Below, one piece after another: positions 1-11,440 of a stretch of 64,000 bases of DNA. Positions within the stretch are counted from its first letter, which is position 1, and each line of letters begins with the position of its first letter. The position numbers and the translations under genes are program-made. The notes below the pieces were generated by a model. That model worked only from the letters and a program-made list of their open reading frames with translations. It did no database searches and was not told where the DNA came from. This stretch comes from Girardia tigrina (taxonomy: Eukaryota), in the NCBI GenBank assembly GCA_001938485.1, contig MQRK01250698.1, positions 11,518 to 75,517 of the forward strand, in the 5' to 3' direction.

Positions 1-1295
1 TCCAAAAGTCTGTTCGCACCCATAAAATCATCACTTATACAAATTTCCTAAGTAAAAAGACGATGAAGTGGAAGTAAATATTATATTTACAAATAAAAAT
101 GTTATTTTTAATATTTTGTATGGTATCCTTTCATCTTGATCATTGAAGACACCCTTCGCGGCATCGAATCGACAAGTCGACGACATAAAGAACATGGTAC
201 CATAACTTTTGTATTTCTATCCACATTTTCTCTGAATTCAAAGTATCCATATTATTTATTTTTCTCTTTATAATACCCCACAAATTCTCAATTGGGTTTA
301 CATCTGATGAGTTGGCAGGCCAATCAAGAATATTTATCTTCTTTGTTTTCAAAAAANNNNNTGTTGATGCTGATCGATGGCAAGGCGCATTGTCTTGCTG
401 AAATATAAAATTTGGAAGAGGGAATACCAAGCATTGCCCTATAATGTCTATGTTATTGACAATTAGGTCTTGATAGTTCTTCGAATTTAAATTTCCGTTT
501 ATCCGTTTTAAGATACCACCACCAAATCTGAAGAAACATCCCCATACATGAACTTTGGCATCGTGTTGGATGACCTTCTTAGTACAAATGTGACTAAGCC
601 TTTCATTGTCAAACCTTCTAACGATTTCGTTACGAGTGTGGCTATATGTGTGGAACATAGATTCATCGCTAAAAACTAGATTCGATCACTTATCCATATC
701 CCAATTTTGTTTATCCCGAGCCCATTCAACTCTTCCTTTTCGTTGCTTTCCATTCAATAAAGGCTTGCAAACAGCATAATGACTTTTTAAGCCGTACTTT
801 ATCAAAATTCTATTCACTGTACTTCGTGATGCATGTATCATTCCAGCTGAATTGAAAGCTCCTGTTATTTTACTTATCGACATGCGCCTATTTTTCAAGC
901 ATATACGGCGAATAATTTTTTCAGAACGTTTTGGTAATTTTTTTATCTTCATATGTACGTAATGTCTTGAACTTATGTACAATTTTTTTGAATGCCCCGC
1001 TTTGAAACAATAATACCATGTCTAACCTTCATAATTTCTTGTATCCGACCCTTTGAATGACCCTCGTTCATTAATTCTACAATAATAATCCTAAACCTTA
1101 TATCTATATTTCGAGTTGTCATTGATTCTAAAAGATAGACATTTAATTAAGTCATCTTAAAAAAGATGGTCTTGATATTTCAATTTTAAATTTACTAAAA
1201 TTATTTAAATTAAAGCATTTAAACAAATTAAAAAATTTAATAAATAGCATAAATCAAAATTTCAATGGGTGAGAACGGACTTTTGGAACGCACTG
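1..1295 (-). mobile_element. Tc1-family DNA transposon, decayed (one TIR clipped by window start)
   Basis: ORF fragments 686-982 (HTH, KPLLN...RVEWA) and 140-658 (VWGCF, FQQDNAPCH, WPANSSDVNPIENLW) are Tc1 DD34E motifs. Window start TCCAAAAGTCTGTTCGCACCCAT is the near-exact reverse complement of 1266-1288; the element ends ...AACGCACTG (1295) followed by TA. Confidence 0.9.
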
Positions 1296-4200
1296 TAATC
1301 AGAGATATAGAGAACGACAGGTATATATGAATAAGAAACAACACTTGGCGGAGTTAGACGACAGGGATGATGAAATGGACAGGAGATCGGAAATGTCTGA
1401 TAGAAGAGAAGAGAATACAGCAAGAGATTATTCTAGAGGTAAAAGAAGATCTGGAGACGAACAGGGAAACGAGGACGCACGATCACAAGGAGAGGTGATC
1501 AGTGTGCTGCATTAGAAAACCAATGTAAATGTATGTTTGATTGTATGTATGAATGTGTATGTGATTGTATGTTTGATTTTACGGATGGAAATATTCCTCA
1601 AGAGATGTGCGAACTTGAATGCGAAGATATTATAAATTGAGAACAGTGTAATAGTATGACAACTCAAGATGAATAGAAACTAAATGGTAAAACGGAAATA
1701 TTGAAGATATCCAAGTTTAAGATAAATTATAAAGAACTGAAAGGACGTCTATATGTGGATTTTTACTTGAAAGACAGAAAAGTTCATTGCCTTTTGGACA
1801 CTGGAGCAAGAGTAAATGTAATTAAAGCGGAGATAATTAAAAATATGAAAGATATTCAAATAAGAGAAACGAAAAAACGTATCCATTTTGCAAATGATTC
1901 AGAACTTATCAAATATGGAATCGTTCAATTAAATGTGGCTATTGAGGGAACACAAAAGTTAATAGAGTTTTATGTGGTTAAAGAACTAGACCCCGAAATG
2001 ATCGCAGGTATAGATTTCTTGGATAAATTCGGATTAAAACTGAAAAGACAGATACCTCGAGGTGGAGAAATATTGGTGATTAGAGACAACCTATCAGATG
2101 AGGACAGACTAAGAAGAATAATGGATATATTTGACAAGCAAATTGACGGGCAATTAATGAAGATTCTAGCAAACTATAAATCAGTATTCATGGCTGATAA
2201 GTGAGATATTGGGAAAACTTCATTGACAAAACACCGAATAGAAACACACGGGGATTCAATACTAGTAAAACCTTATCGGCAACTAAAACAATTTGAGGAC
2301 AAATGGGATGATGTTATTAAAAATTTCGAAGAAAATGACATAATCGAAAAGTGTAGCTCACCATGGAATAACCCATTAGTATGTGTATGGAAGAAGGAAA
2401 AACAAGATATTCGAGTGTGTGTATACTTCCGCCAGTTGAATAGAATTACCTTCAGGCCAGCGTTTCCTATGCCAAATGTAGATGATATGCTGAACACACT
2501 GAATTGTGCGCAATATTTTAGTACAAGTGATCTTGGGAACGCGTATTACCAAGTCGAGTTGGAAGAAGAATCAAAGATTAAAACAGCATTCTCAACAAAG
2601 AACGGACAGTATTGTTTCAAAAGAATGCCGTTCGGGATAGCAGCAGNNNNNNNNNNNNNNNNNNNNNNNNNNGTCAAAGTCCTAGGAGATTTAAACTGGA
2701 AAGAGGCAGTAGTATATTTGGACGATATTTTGGTTTTTGCAAAAAATAAAGAAGAGCATATGCAACGAATAAAAAATGTACTGGAAAAAATTAAGTAAGC
2801 AAGTTTAAGAATTAACCCAGAAAAGTGCCAATTTTTAACAGAAAGAACAAAATTTTTAGGATATATTGTCAGTAAGAATGGTATAGAAACTGATCAAACA
2901 AAGATTGAAGCCATTAAAAAATTTCCGAACCCATCATGTATCAAACATTTGAGAAGTTTCTTGGGTCTAACAAATTACTGCAGAAAATTTTTGAAAGATT
3001 ACGCAAAAGTATTGGAGGGTTTGTGTGGTAAGAATAAAGACAAGAAAATAATATGGACTGAAGAATGCGAGGAAGCTTTTCGAAAATTGAAAGAAAAAAT
3101 GATTGACACCCCGATACTGGCGTATCCTGATTTTGAGAAGGAGTTTATACGGGATACAGATGCAAGCTTCGATACAATGGTGGCAGTATTATCACAGAAG
3201 GACACGTATGGTAGAGAGAGAGTGATCGCGTATGGATCACATAAAATGAACAAACACGAGCTTGGATATTGTGTTACAAGAAAAGAGTTACTGGCAATTT
3301 ATTATTTTGCGCAAAATTTTAAACACTTCTTATACGGTAAAAGATTTTTACTAAGAACTGATCATAAAGCCATAACCTTCATGCTGAATACGAAAAACCC
3401 AATAACACCGCAATTTCAAACGTGGATAAATTTTCTTAGCAGTCTGGATATGAGAATGAAATATCGGAAAGGAGGAAAACACTCAAATGCAGATGCAATG
3501 TCGAGAAATTCTGGTGAATTATGTGGTCAGTGTCAAACAAGAAAGGAAAGATTAAAACACGAATTTGGGCTTTAGACGAAGAATCAAAAGAGTTCAAATG
3601 ACAGAAAGATAATGACGAAATAAATCAGACCAGAGAAGATATTAGCATGTGAAGAATAAAGAAATGGATACTGAAAGACAATATTGTGACAACAAGAGAT
3701 ATCAAATATTGGATTCCGAGAACCACAAGGACAGAATTCGTGGAAGACGCTTACAAGACTGTTCCATGCTGGCAGTAAAAAGGTTTATAACTATTTGAAA
3801 GATGATTTTGATATGGTTAATATGAGAAAGATAATTAAGGAAATTGTAAAATGTTGCATAAACTGTCAAAAAAGAAAGACTTTAACCACAAAAACGAAAG
3901 AAAGTTTTATTAAACAATTTGCTGCTGAACCATTTCAAAAACTGTATATGGATTTTTGCGGACCATTTAAAAGGACCTTAAATGGATATCAATATATATT
4001 AGCTATAATTGATCAATTTAGCAGGTATATAAGTCTAAATGCTATAATTCATCAAGATGAGAAAACTGCTCGAAAGGTACTACTGGACAGATGGATTTGG
4101 AAATTCGGACCACCAAAAGAGATCCATGTGGATAGAAGTAAAGCATTCGCATCGACACTCTTCAAAGACACACTGAAGAGATTTAAAACAGATATAATTT

Positions 4201-4747
4201 ACTCCAGTTCTTATCATCACAATACCAATGGCATCATTGAAAGACAATTAAGAACTATTAGAGATGCTATGAATATAAGGATAAAAGATCAAGCCCACAA
4301 AGATTGGACGGAAATTTTACCAGAAGTAGAATTTATGATGAGCAGCACAATTCAAGCTACCACAGGAATCTCACCTGCAGAATTGATATTTGGTAGGAAG
4401 CTTAGACATTGGTGGAAAGATACTAAGAAACAGAGTTGTAATAAGAAAGAAAAGAGCGAAAATACGATAGAGACAAAACGAATATTTTATACAGGGGATA
4501 AAGTGTTGATAAAAAAAGAAAATGCTACAAAGGAAGAAGATCGATATATGGGTCCAGCCACAGGAAAAGCAGAAGACATGAAAGAAGTTATGAATTGGAA
4601 GTAGAAGATGGTAGAATTTTGATCAGAAATGTAGAATGGCTAAAGCCATTTAAATCGAGGGGGATATGAGGAATATTTGATGTGGATGTTTTTTGTGTAG
4701 TGCTTGTATGTTTAAATGTTCTGTCAAATGTGTGAGTTCTCTTAACA
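1296..4747 (+). mobile_element. Ty3/Gypsy LTR retrotransposon copy 1 (gag C-terminus, PR-RT-RH-IN pol with stops/frameshifts, PPT, shortened 3' LTR)
   Basis: Protease LLDTGA (1701-2204), RT YLDD (2223-2798), RNase H TDAS...TDHKA (2949-3575), integrase (3795-4604); polypurine tract 4657-4664; LTR 4665-4747 ending TTAACA. Confidence 0.95.
1464..1507 (+). promoter_or_regulatory. Predicted -1 ribosomal frameshift signal between gag and pol
   Basis: In-frame slippery heptamer G GGA AAC (1464-1470), 6-nt spacer, stem GCACGATCAC/GTGATC-A-GTGT; the -1 frame is the pol frame of the ORF at 1701. Confidence 0.75.
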
Positions 4748-4867
4748 ATATCAATAATAATATTATCACACAATTTTTTCTTATTAGTTTGCTTGTTAAG
4801 TAAAAATGAAAACTATAATTACTATAAGCAAAAACAAAATATTTAATCATCTTTATGACTATATTTA

Positions 4868-5045
4868 TTATATTTTATTTTTGACAGTTGGTATTGGTTA
4901 TTTTCCATAAATTAAATCTTATATCTCACATCATTTAATAAATGATTTTAATCATAAAAAATAAAATTATTTATTAAATGATGTGAGATATGAGAATTAA
5001 TTTATGGAAAATAATCAACATAAACTGTCAAAAACAAAATATAAT
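4868..5045. repeat. Foldback/MITE-like palindrome (~85 bp imperfect arms, short spacer)
   Basis: TTTTTGACAGTT...ATATCTCACATCATTTAATAAAT is mirrored by ATTTATTAAATGATGTGAGATAT...AACTGTCAAAAA. Confidence 0.75.
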
Positions 5046-5186
5046 TATATATATATATATACTTAAGTATGATATTTTTTAAATATTAAATAAGAAATTC
5101 TTTTAAAAATTTATAATTTTTCAACAAACACGAACATAATGTAACATAAAATATATAGTTGTCACAGATTTCATTTAATAATTTAT

Positions 5187-5768
5187 TTATTTGACTTTTA
5201 ATGAATGATTTCGAACGATATCTTCTATGATATTTGTCGTACTCGTATTTGCGGTTCTTGTACTCGGTAAAAACCGATTATGATTCTTAATTTTTGCATA
5301 TATATCTTCTTGTTCCCCTGAAGGATAAGGTACCGGATCATGCATCAAGAAATCTAATTTGTTTTCGTTCAAAAACTCTAGTGTTGTAAACCAAGGCGCT
5401 TTTTCAATTACTTCATCAACATGACGACAATGTCGTACAGATAGTATTCGTTCTTCTTGTGCCATTATCGGTTTTCTTTTGTATTTTGTACAATCTTCCT
5501 CTCTCGACACTCCGGCGACAATCCATACTGGTCCAGGAAAATAGTTTTTTGCTTGAAACAATAAATTTGCGTGACCGTAATGAAACAAATCGAAAACTCC
5601 CTCTAAATAAATTCGTATCGGTCGAATTTGAAGACCTTTTTCTGCAATTTCTTTCGAAATCGGAACAAAATCTTTCAAGTCTTCTCGGATCTTCAATATT
5701 TTCGGATCGGTAGAAAGATGCGCCAAAGACGAATTTTCATGCAAAACATGTTCAATTTGAAAAAACAT
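5187..5768 (-). CDS. PCYT1: Choline-phosphate cytidylyltransferase-like protein, catalytic domain only (copy A, 193 aa)
   Basis: RPIRIYLEGVFDLFHYGH (HxGH), HCRHVDEVIEKAPW, HD-x2-PY, RTANTST (RTEGIST-like); uninterrupted ORF. Confidence 0.88.
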   Translation of the reverse strand: MFFQIEHVLHENSSLAHLSTDPKILKIREDLKDFVPISKEIAEKGLQIRPIRIYLEGVFDLFHYGHANLLFQAKNYFPGPVWIVAGVSREEDCTKYKRKPIMAQEERILSVRHCRHVDEVIEKAPWFTTLEFLNENKLDFLMHDPVPYPSGEQEDIYAKIKNHNRFLPSTRTANTSTTNIIEDIVRNHSLKVK

Positions 5769-6221
5769 CGTTCTATTCTAAAAAGAAATTATTCTTAATA
5801 AATTATTTGAAATTTATAATTTACTCTAAAATATTTATTATCAATAGTAAATTATTACTTCGTGTCTAAAACTACTTTCAAACAAAAGTAATACATTTTA
5901 TTGTTTCGTTAAACAATTGTTTTTGCTTAGTAAAAATTATTCAAATTTGTTAGATTAAAACATTTTTATTTTTAATAAATAAATTTATTTTTAAATCAGA
6001 ATTTTTTTTAATTAATCATATTTTAATCGCTTTACGTATTTATTTTAATAAGAAATTTTGTTTAATATAAAAACAATTAAAATTAAAAACGTCATTATAT
6101 TTTTTAAATTCTTTGATTTACTATATATTTCGATGAATGTCCGCCATCTTCATTGACAATTAATGTTCTGTCTTTTAAATTAAAATTTTGATTTCGTAAT
6201 CAACTTATATTATAGCTAATA

Positions 6222-7573
6222 TAACGGATAACATGAAATAGTAGGACACCTACTATTTTAATAGTAGGTGGAAAAAAAATTGAAAAGGCGCCCAATATTG
6301 GTTTACACCTACTATTTGGTGCTTTTGCTTTGAACTTNNNNNNNNNNNNNNNNNNNNNNNNNNNNNNNNNNNNNNNNNNNNNNNNNNNNNNNNNNNNNNN
6401 NNNNNNNNNNNNNNNNNNNNNNNNNNNNNNNNNNNNNNNNNNNNNNNNNNNNNNNNNNNNNNNNNNNNNNNNNNNNNNNNNNNNNNNNNNNNNNNNCGAA
6501 ATATGCCATTCTAAACAATTGGCAGAAAAGCCTGCTGCATTAATCGACCTTCGAATGTTATTAATGGACAATTCATCCCATGCGCGACTGACCCAAGAAT
6601 TCACAATATCCTGCCGTTACAGAAACAGAAAACCTACGATGCGATCAAGGTAGCATTATCAGTCGCATTCGGACCGTACCCAAGATCTGCTTATGATGAA
6701 TTTCGAAATAGAAAATCGTTGAAGTGACAAATACAAAAAAAGAAATATGATAAAGTAAGAAATTCTAAATTAAATTTATTTAATTAAAATTCAATGAGCG
6801 TTTATTTTTTCTTTTGTATTGAATAAATTTACGAGATAGGTTGACATCTTCTTCGGTTATCAGCCAAATAAGAATGCAAAATAATAAGTATAAAATAATT
6901 ATTATTTTTCAACTACTGAATCTTTCTAAATTATTCTGAAATTATAATAATAACTATTTATATTTTTAGATTGTTCATACGTATTCACATTTTTCAAATA
7001 TTTTGTTTTCCAATTATTCATGAATATGAATTTTAAACAATATGACAAATTTGATAAATTTAGAGATGATAAAATATTATCAACATGCAAAGGTCAAAAA
7101 GTAAAATTATTAATTCAGTTTTCACTTACGAATTACTAATTATGAACCACATACAAAGTGAACTATAAAAAATAAAATTTTAAAGTCTTTTCCCCATCAT
7201 TTTTTATATATTCTTTTTTTAAAGTATGTATTTTCCTCTTTTATGATGGAATTTTTTCAAACATTCTACATTAACTGATTGTTGTAAGTATTAAGAACAC
7301 CAACATGGGTTTTCAAACTTTTATTTTCAATACAATCAGAATTGTCTTTTGAACAACTCTCAGCAAAACTCTCGTCATTCGACATCGTTCTAAATTGATA
7401 ATTTTTTGTTAATGTTTGTTAATAAACAAAAATATTTTTTTTATAAATTGCTTTAAAAACGATACACCTACTATTTGATTCCACCTACTATTTTAATAGT
7501 AGGTGGAAAATTTTTTGAAAACTTCATTACACCTACTATTTCATGTCCACCTACTATTTGATGTTATCCATTA
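6222..7573 (-). mobile_element. pogo-like DNA transposon, internally deleted, with N gap
   Basis: Inverted termini TAACGGATAACATGAAATAGTAGG / CCTACTATTTGATGTTATCCATTA; repeated subterminal ACCTACTATT motif; peptide WVSRAWDELSINNIRRSINAAGF resembles a pogo DDE_1 C-terminus. Confidence 0.7.
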
Positions 7574-7813
7574 ATACTTTTAACACAGTGGAAGAGAAGC
7601 TCGTTTGAATAAATCCGATTTGAATATCCTTATAATTCGTACGTATATTCTGTGTTTGATACATAATTTTTTTAGGTTTAGGTTCTATTTATTTAATATA
7701 TAATAAAAATAATATTTTAACAAAAATCTTTTCTATCAATGGATGATCTAGCTGATGACATTCTGTTAAGAACGAAGCATACCGTGAATGGTGAAATAAT
7801 AAATTGTTACTCG

Positions 7814-8261
7814 TGTTAAGAGAACTCACACATTTGACAGAACATTTATTACATTCACAATTTTGATCATCTCTATGACGATCAATAGTATTACTTTCCC
7901 TTAATTCCATCACTCAATGTTTTAATACTTTTCCTTACAATCTGAACTAACTTGAAAAGAATTATTTTATTTAAATAATAATTTAAATTTTATTGGTTAA
8001 AATAAAATTACTTTTTATAATTATTTTTAAACATTAATTTGATTTTAATTATTTAAAAATTTACAAAAATAAAATTATTTAAAAGTTACAATAATAAAAA
8101 TTTGAATATTAAATCTAAATTTAAATAAATTAGTTTCAGATTATAAGAATTAAAATATTGATCATCCATCTGATTAGGAGAGGCACAATCCCAAATCAAC
8201 ATACAACATTTAAACATGCAAACACTACACAAAAATATCCGCACACCAAATATTGATCACA
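7814..8261 (-). mobile_element. Solo LTR (448 bp) of the Gypsy family
   Basis: TG...CA termini on the minus strand; exact 5-bp TSD ACTCG (7809-7813 and 8262-8266); homologous to the LTR starts at 4665, 46626 and 53875. Confidence 0.9.
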
Positions 8262-8870
8262 ACTCGAAAGATGTTATTTTCGATTTTCATTATACTAAAA
8301 CAATTAAGCTATAAATATGTAACTACATGATTCTCTAATGTTCAATCTCACTAAAATTATAGTTGAATACACTCAATCGAGTAGAAGTTGCTCATATTAA
8401 AAAAAATGTAAAAATTAAGATACGTTTAATTTGAAACTGAATTCTCAATATTAAGAAGGAATTTTAAACTTAGAGTTGTGTAACGATCGTTCTCCACACG
8501 AATATACAACAAATTAATCAAAACACAAGGCCGTCCGTTATATTTATTTCCCGAAAAATTTCAATCTAATAAATTTCTTCTTGCTTCACGTAATCGATCC
8601 GCGTTTTTATTTCAATAATATTTAAACAAAATTCCTTTTATCATTTGTAATAATTCTCCACTGCAAGTTGTTAATTGATAAAAATAATTAAATACTGCAA
8701 CAATAAACTAAAATAAACTAGAGAAGTATAAAAAGAATTAGTTAAAATGTAATCTCACTAAATAATTTATCTTCAATTTTAAATAATAATATCATAATAT
8801 AATTTTAAAAATTTATAACAAATTAATTTGACAAAAAGTTTTAAAGAAAAGGAAATGAAGGGTTGCTTAA

Positions 8871-9415
8871 CCCTTTGAGTCATGAATTATTTTCTTATGA
8901 ATATTTATATAAAATATATTTTTTTTATTTGATAAGGGGTTTTTCAATAACATAGTTTTACATTTTTTTGTATCCAGTCGTCAATAAAAATATAGGATGT
9001 ATCATATATGATGTATAGTGACCAAAAGTCTGTCAAGGTTCCGAAATGTAGAAATGAGTAAAGCGAATTTATATATAAAAACGCTTTATTTCCAATGATA
9101 TTTTGTGAAGCTTCAAGATCAGCCCAATTTTTATTGAGTAAGATCAAAATTTCAAAGGAAAAATCACTTTTTTGATAAAAAATCTACAGAAAAACACTGA
9201 ACGCACATTTACTCCGACGACTGTCTCAACCATGTCTCCACACAAATGTCATTTGTGTCACATGGTGATGATGTAATGATGCATACCGTCTACGAAAATA
9301 TTTGCAAAGTTTTATAGAAAAATGATTCATGGTGATCATTACGTCAAATTATTCTAATTTCCATACTACAGCACTAAGAACGCGCGTATCACGTATCATA
9401 CCGTGACTGAAAGGG
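8871..9415. mobile_element. piggyBac-type non-autonomous element
   Basis: TTAA on both sides; TIRs CCCTTTGAGTCATG / CGTGACTGAAAGGG. Confidence 0.8.
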
Positions 9416-11440
9416 TTAAGTTTATGTGTAATATCATTAACAAAAATTTGATCACCATTAATTTTAGTTCATATATTGAAAACAATATAAACGCAAATAA
9501 GAGTGTACATAATGTTTTTGGCGCACCTTCCGTACTAGGGGATTAATCCAACATTAAAGAAATTATAGATATGTTTTAAGAGTTGTATGGCCTTATAATT
9601 TTCAAATACGAATAATAAGTCGTTTATCACTTTATTTATTACACTTATGTCACCTTTCCATTTAAATATTGGGATGACATGATTAGTTTTAGCTAATGTT
9701 TATTCTCATTCGATTTCTTTTATCACAATATTGAATTTGTATTTCGCTCAACAATTGAATAACTTTGTTTCTTTGAATATTTATCTTCTGTCCATTCACT
9801 TTGAAAATTGAGTTCAAACGTTCACGTGTTTGTGTATATCATGATAAGATGGGCATTAATGAATCATAGATCAGCTGTATAACCAAATCTAATACGAGTG
9901 TTAATAACTAAGAAGTACAAAGTTCCATTATTCTTTTTATATGGTGTATCACATATTTATTTTGTTATGAATTTCAATCAATATTATTTGAAATAATTCC
10001 ATTTTTATTATAATTTTTTAAATTTATTTTTATCAATTCAAATAATTTATTTATCATTTACCTTAATTTTATTTTAATTTTTTGTTACATAAAATCCACA
10101 GGTAACGTAAATTCGTTTATCAAAAGTCAATTTTAAGGCCCCTTAATGTAAAGAAAATATTAATACTGAGATTATACAAATGATTTCAGCAATGATGAAT
10201 ACCAAGAATCAGAAAATCATATAATTAACATTAACAGATCTTATGGTGAGAATCTTCAGAAGTCCTTTAAATAAATTCGTCGAAGAAGGATATAAATAAA
10301 TTTTGGTGAAAATATAAATGAATTTAGCGATTTGCAACAATTCTGTATTTCAGGAATAATTTAAAAGAAATAAATAAACCCCATCATCCTTTTGTATTTT
10401 AAATTCCGCGATATGTTATGCGTTTTGCAAGTAATTATTGTTGTTTGGTGGTGATTTGAAATCAAGTCCAGACAAAGAGTTCTTTTGTGGATTTGAAGAT
10501 TGACCGATGAATCATTGGGTGAATTGTCGAGCTATAGTGTAATTGGCCGATTTTTATCGAGTAAATGGAACAATCGAGCTGATTGGCCATCAGTTTTTTA
10601 TCATCAGGTAATTTAAAAAATCTATTTTCTTCTTTTCTTTTGATTTGAAAATAATCACGATTTTTGTAGATGGTCATGCGATTTATTTTTTATACGATTA
10701 ACCAAGTGCGATTTAATTTTTTGAATGAATTTACGATTAGTTTTCGATTATTTTTCAGAATTGAATGGTTATTTTGTTTTGATTTGAAATAGCCATAAAG
10801 AAAAAATTGGATATTTTATTTTTGAAATTGAAAAATTAATAATAATATTATTAATGATAAAACCAAAAAAATGATTTATGAAAAAACCGAATTTGAAATT
10901 GAAACAAATAATATTTATCCATATTTTTTTAACAAAAACAACAGTAGATTTTCTTTTTTCAACACAATCTCAATATGAGTACTTTTATGAGTACTTTAGA
11001 AAATAGACATTGAAAAACGGAGATGATGATGTTAAAATTGTTAGGGTTTCGAAAAATACATGTGAACACTTTCGATAAAATTTTATGTAGAAAAAATTTA
11101 AAATAATTCTTTTGGTAAAATTATTAATTTCAAACAAAATAATATTTAGTTTAACAAAATTTGGAATTTAAAATTAAAATATTTTAGTCTTTGATTTATT
11201 TTATCAATTTTCAAGGCTGATGAAAATTACTATATAAACAGCAGCAAATTTAATTTAGTTTGCCCAAAAAATTCTCTCCACAAAAACAAAACCAAGGAAA
11301 CAAGTAAACTCGTTATATAGAATTATTTTATTATTCTTTTTAAAATATTCTTCTTTTTTAAACCATAAGTATCCCGTATGGGAGAAAAAGGTTTAATTTA
11401 AATCTAAACATTCGTTCGTTTTGGAGATTCACAGTTTTTA

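Noticed and set aside
5459-5713. 84-aa antisense ORF recurring in all three CCT copies
   Set aside because: Shadow of the near-identical sense CDS; non-ATG start and no motif.
4665-5768. CCT genes as cargo of the Gypsy element (copies A and C lie near Gypsy copies)
   Set aside because: Copy A is outside the 3' LTR, copy B has no Gypsy neighbour, and the Gypsy copies are much more diverged from each other than the CCT copies are.
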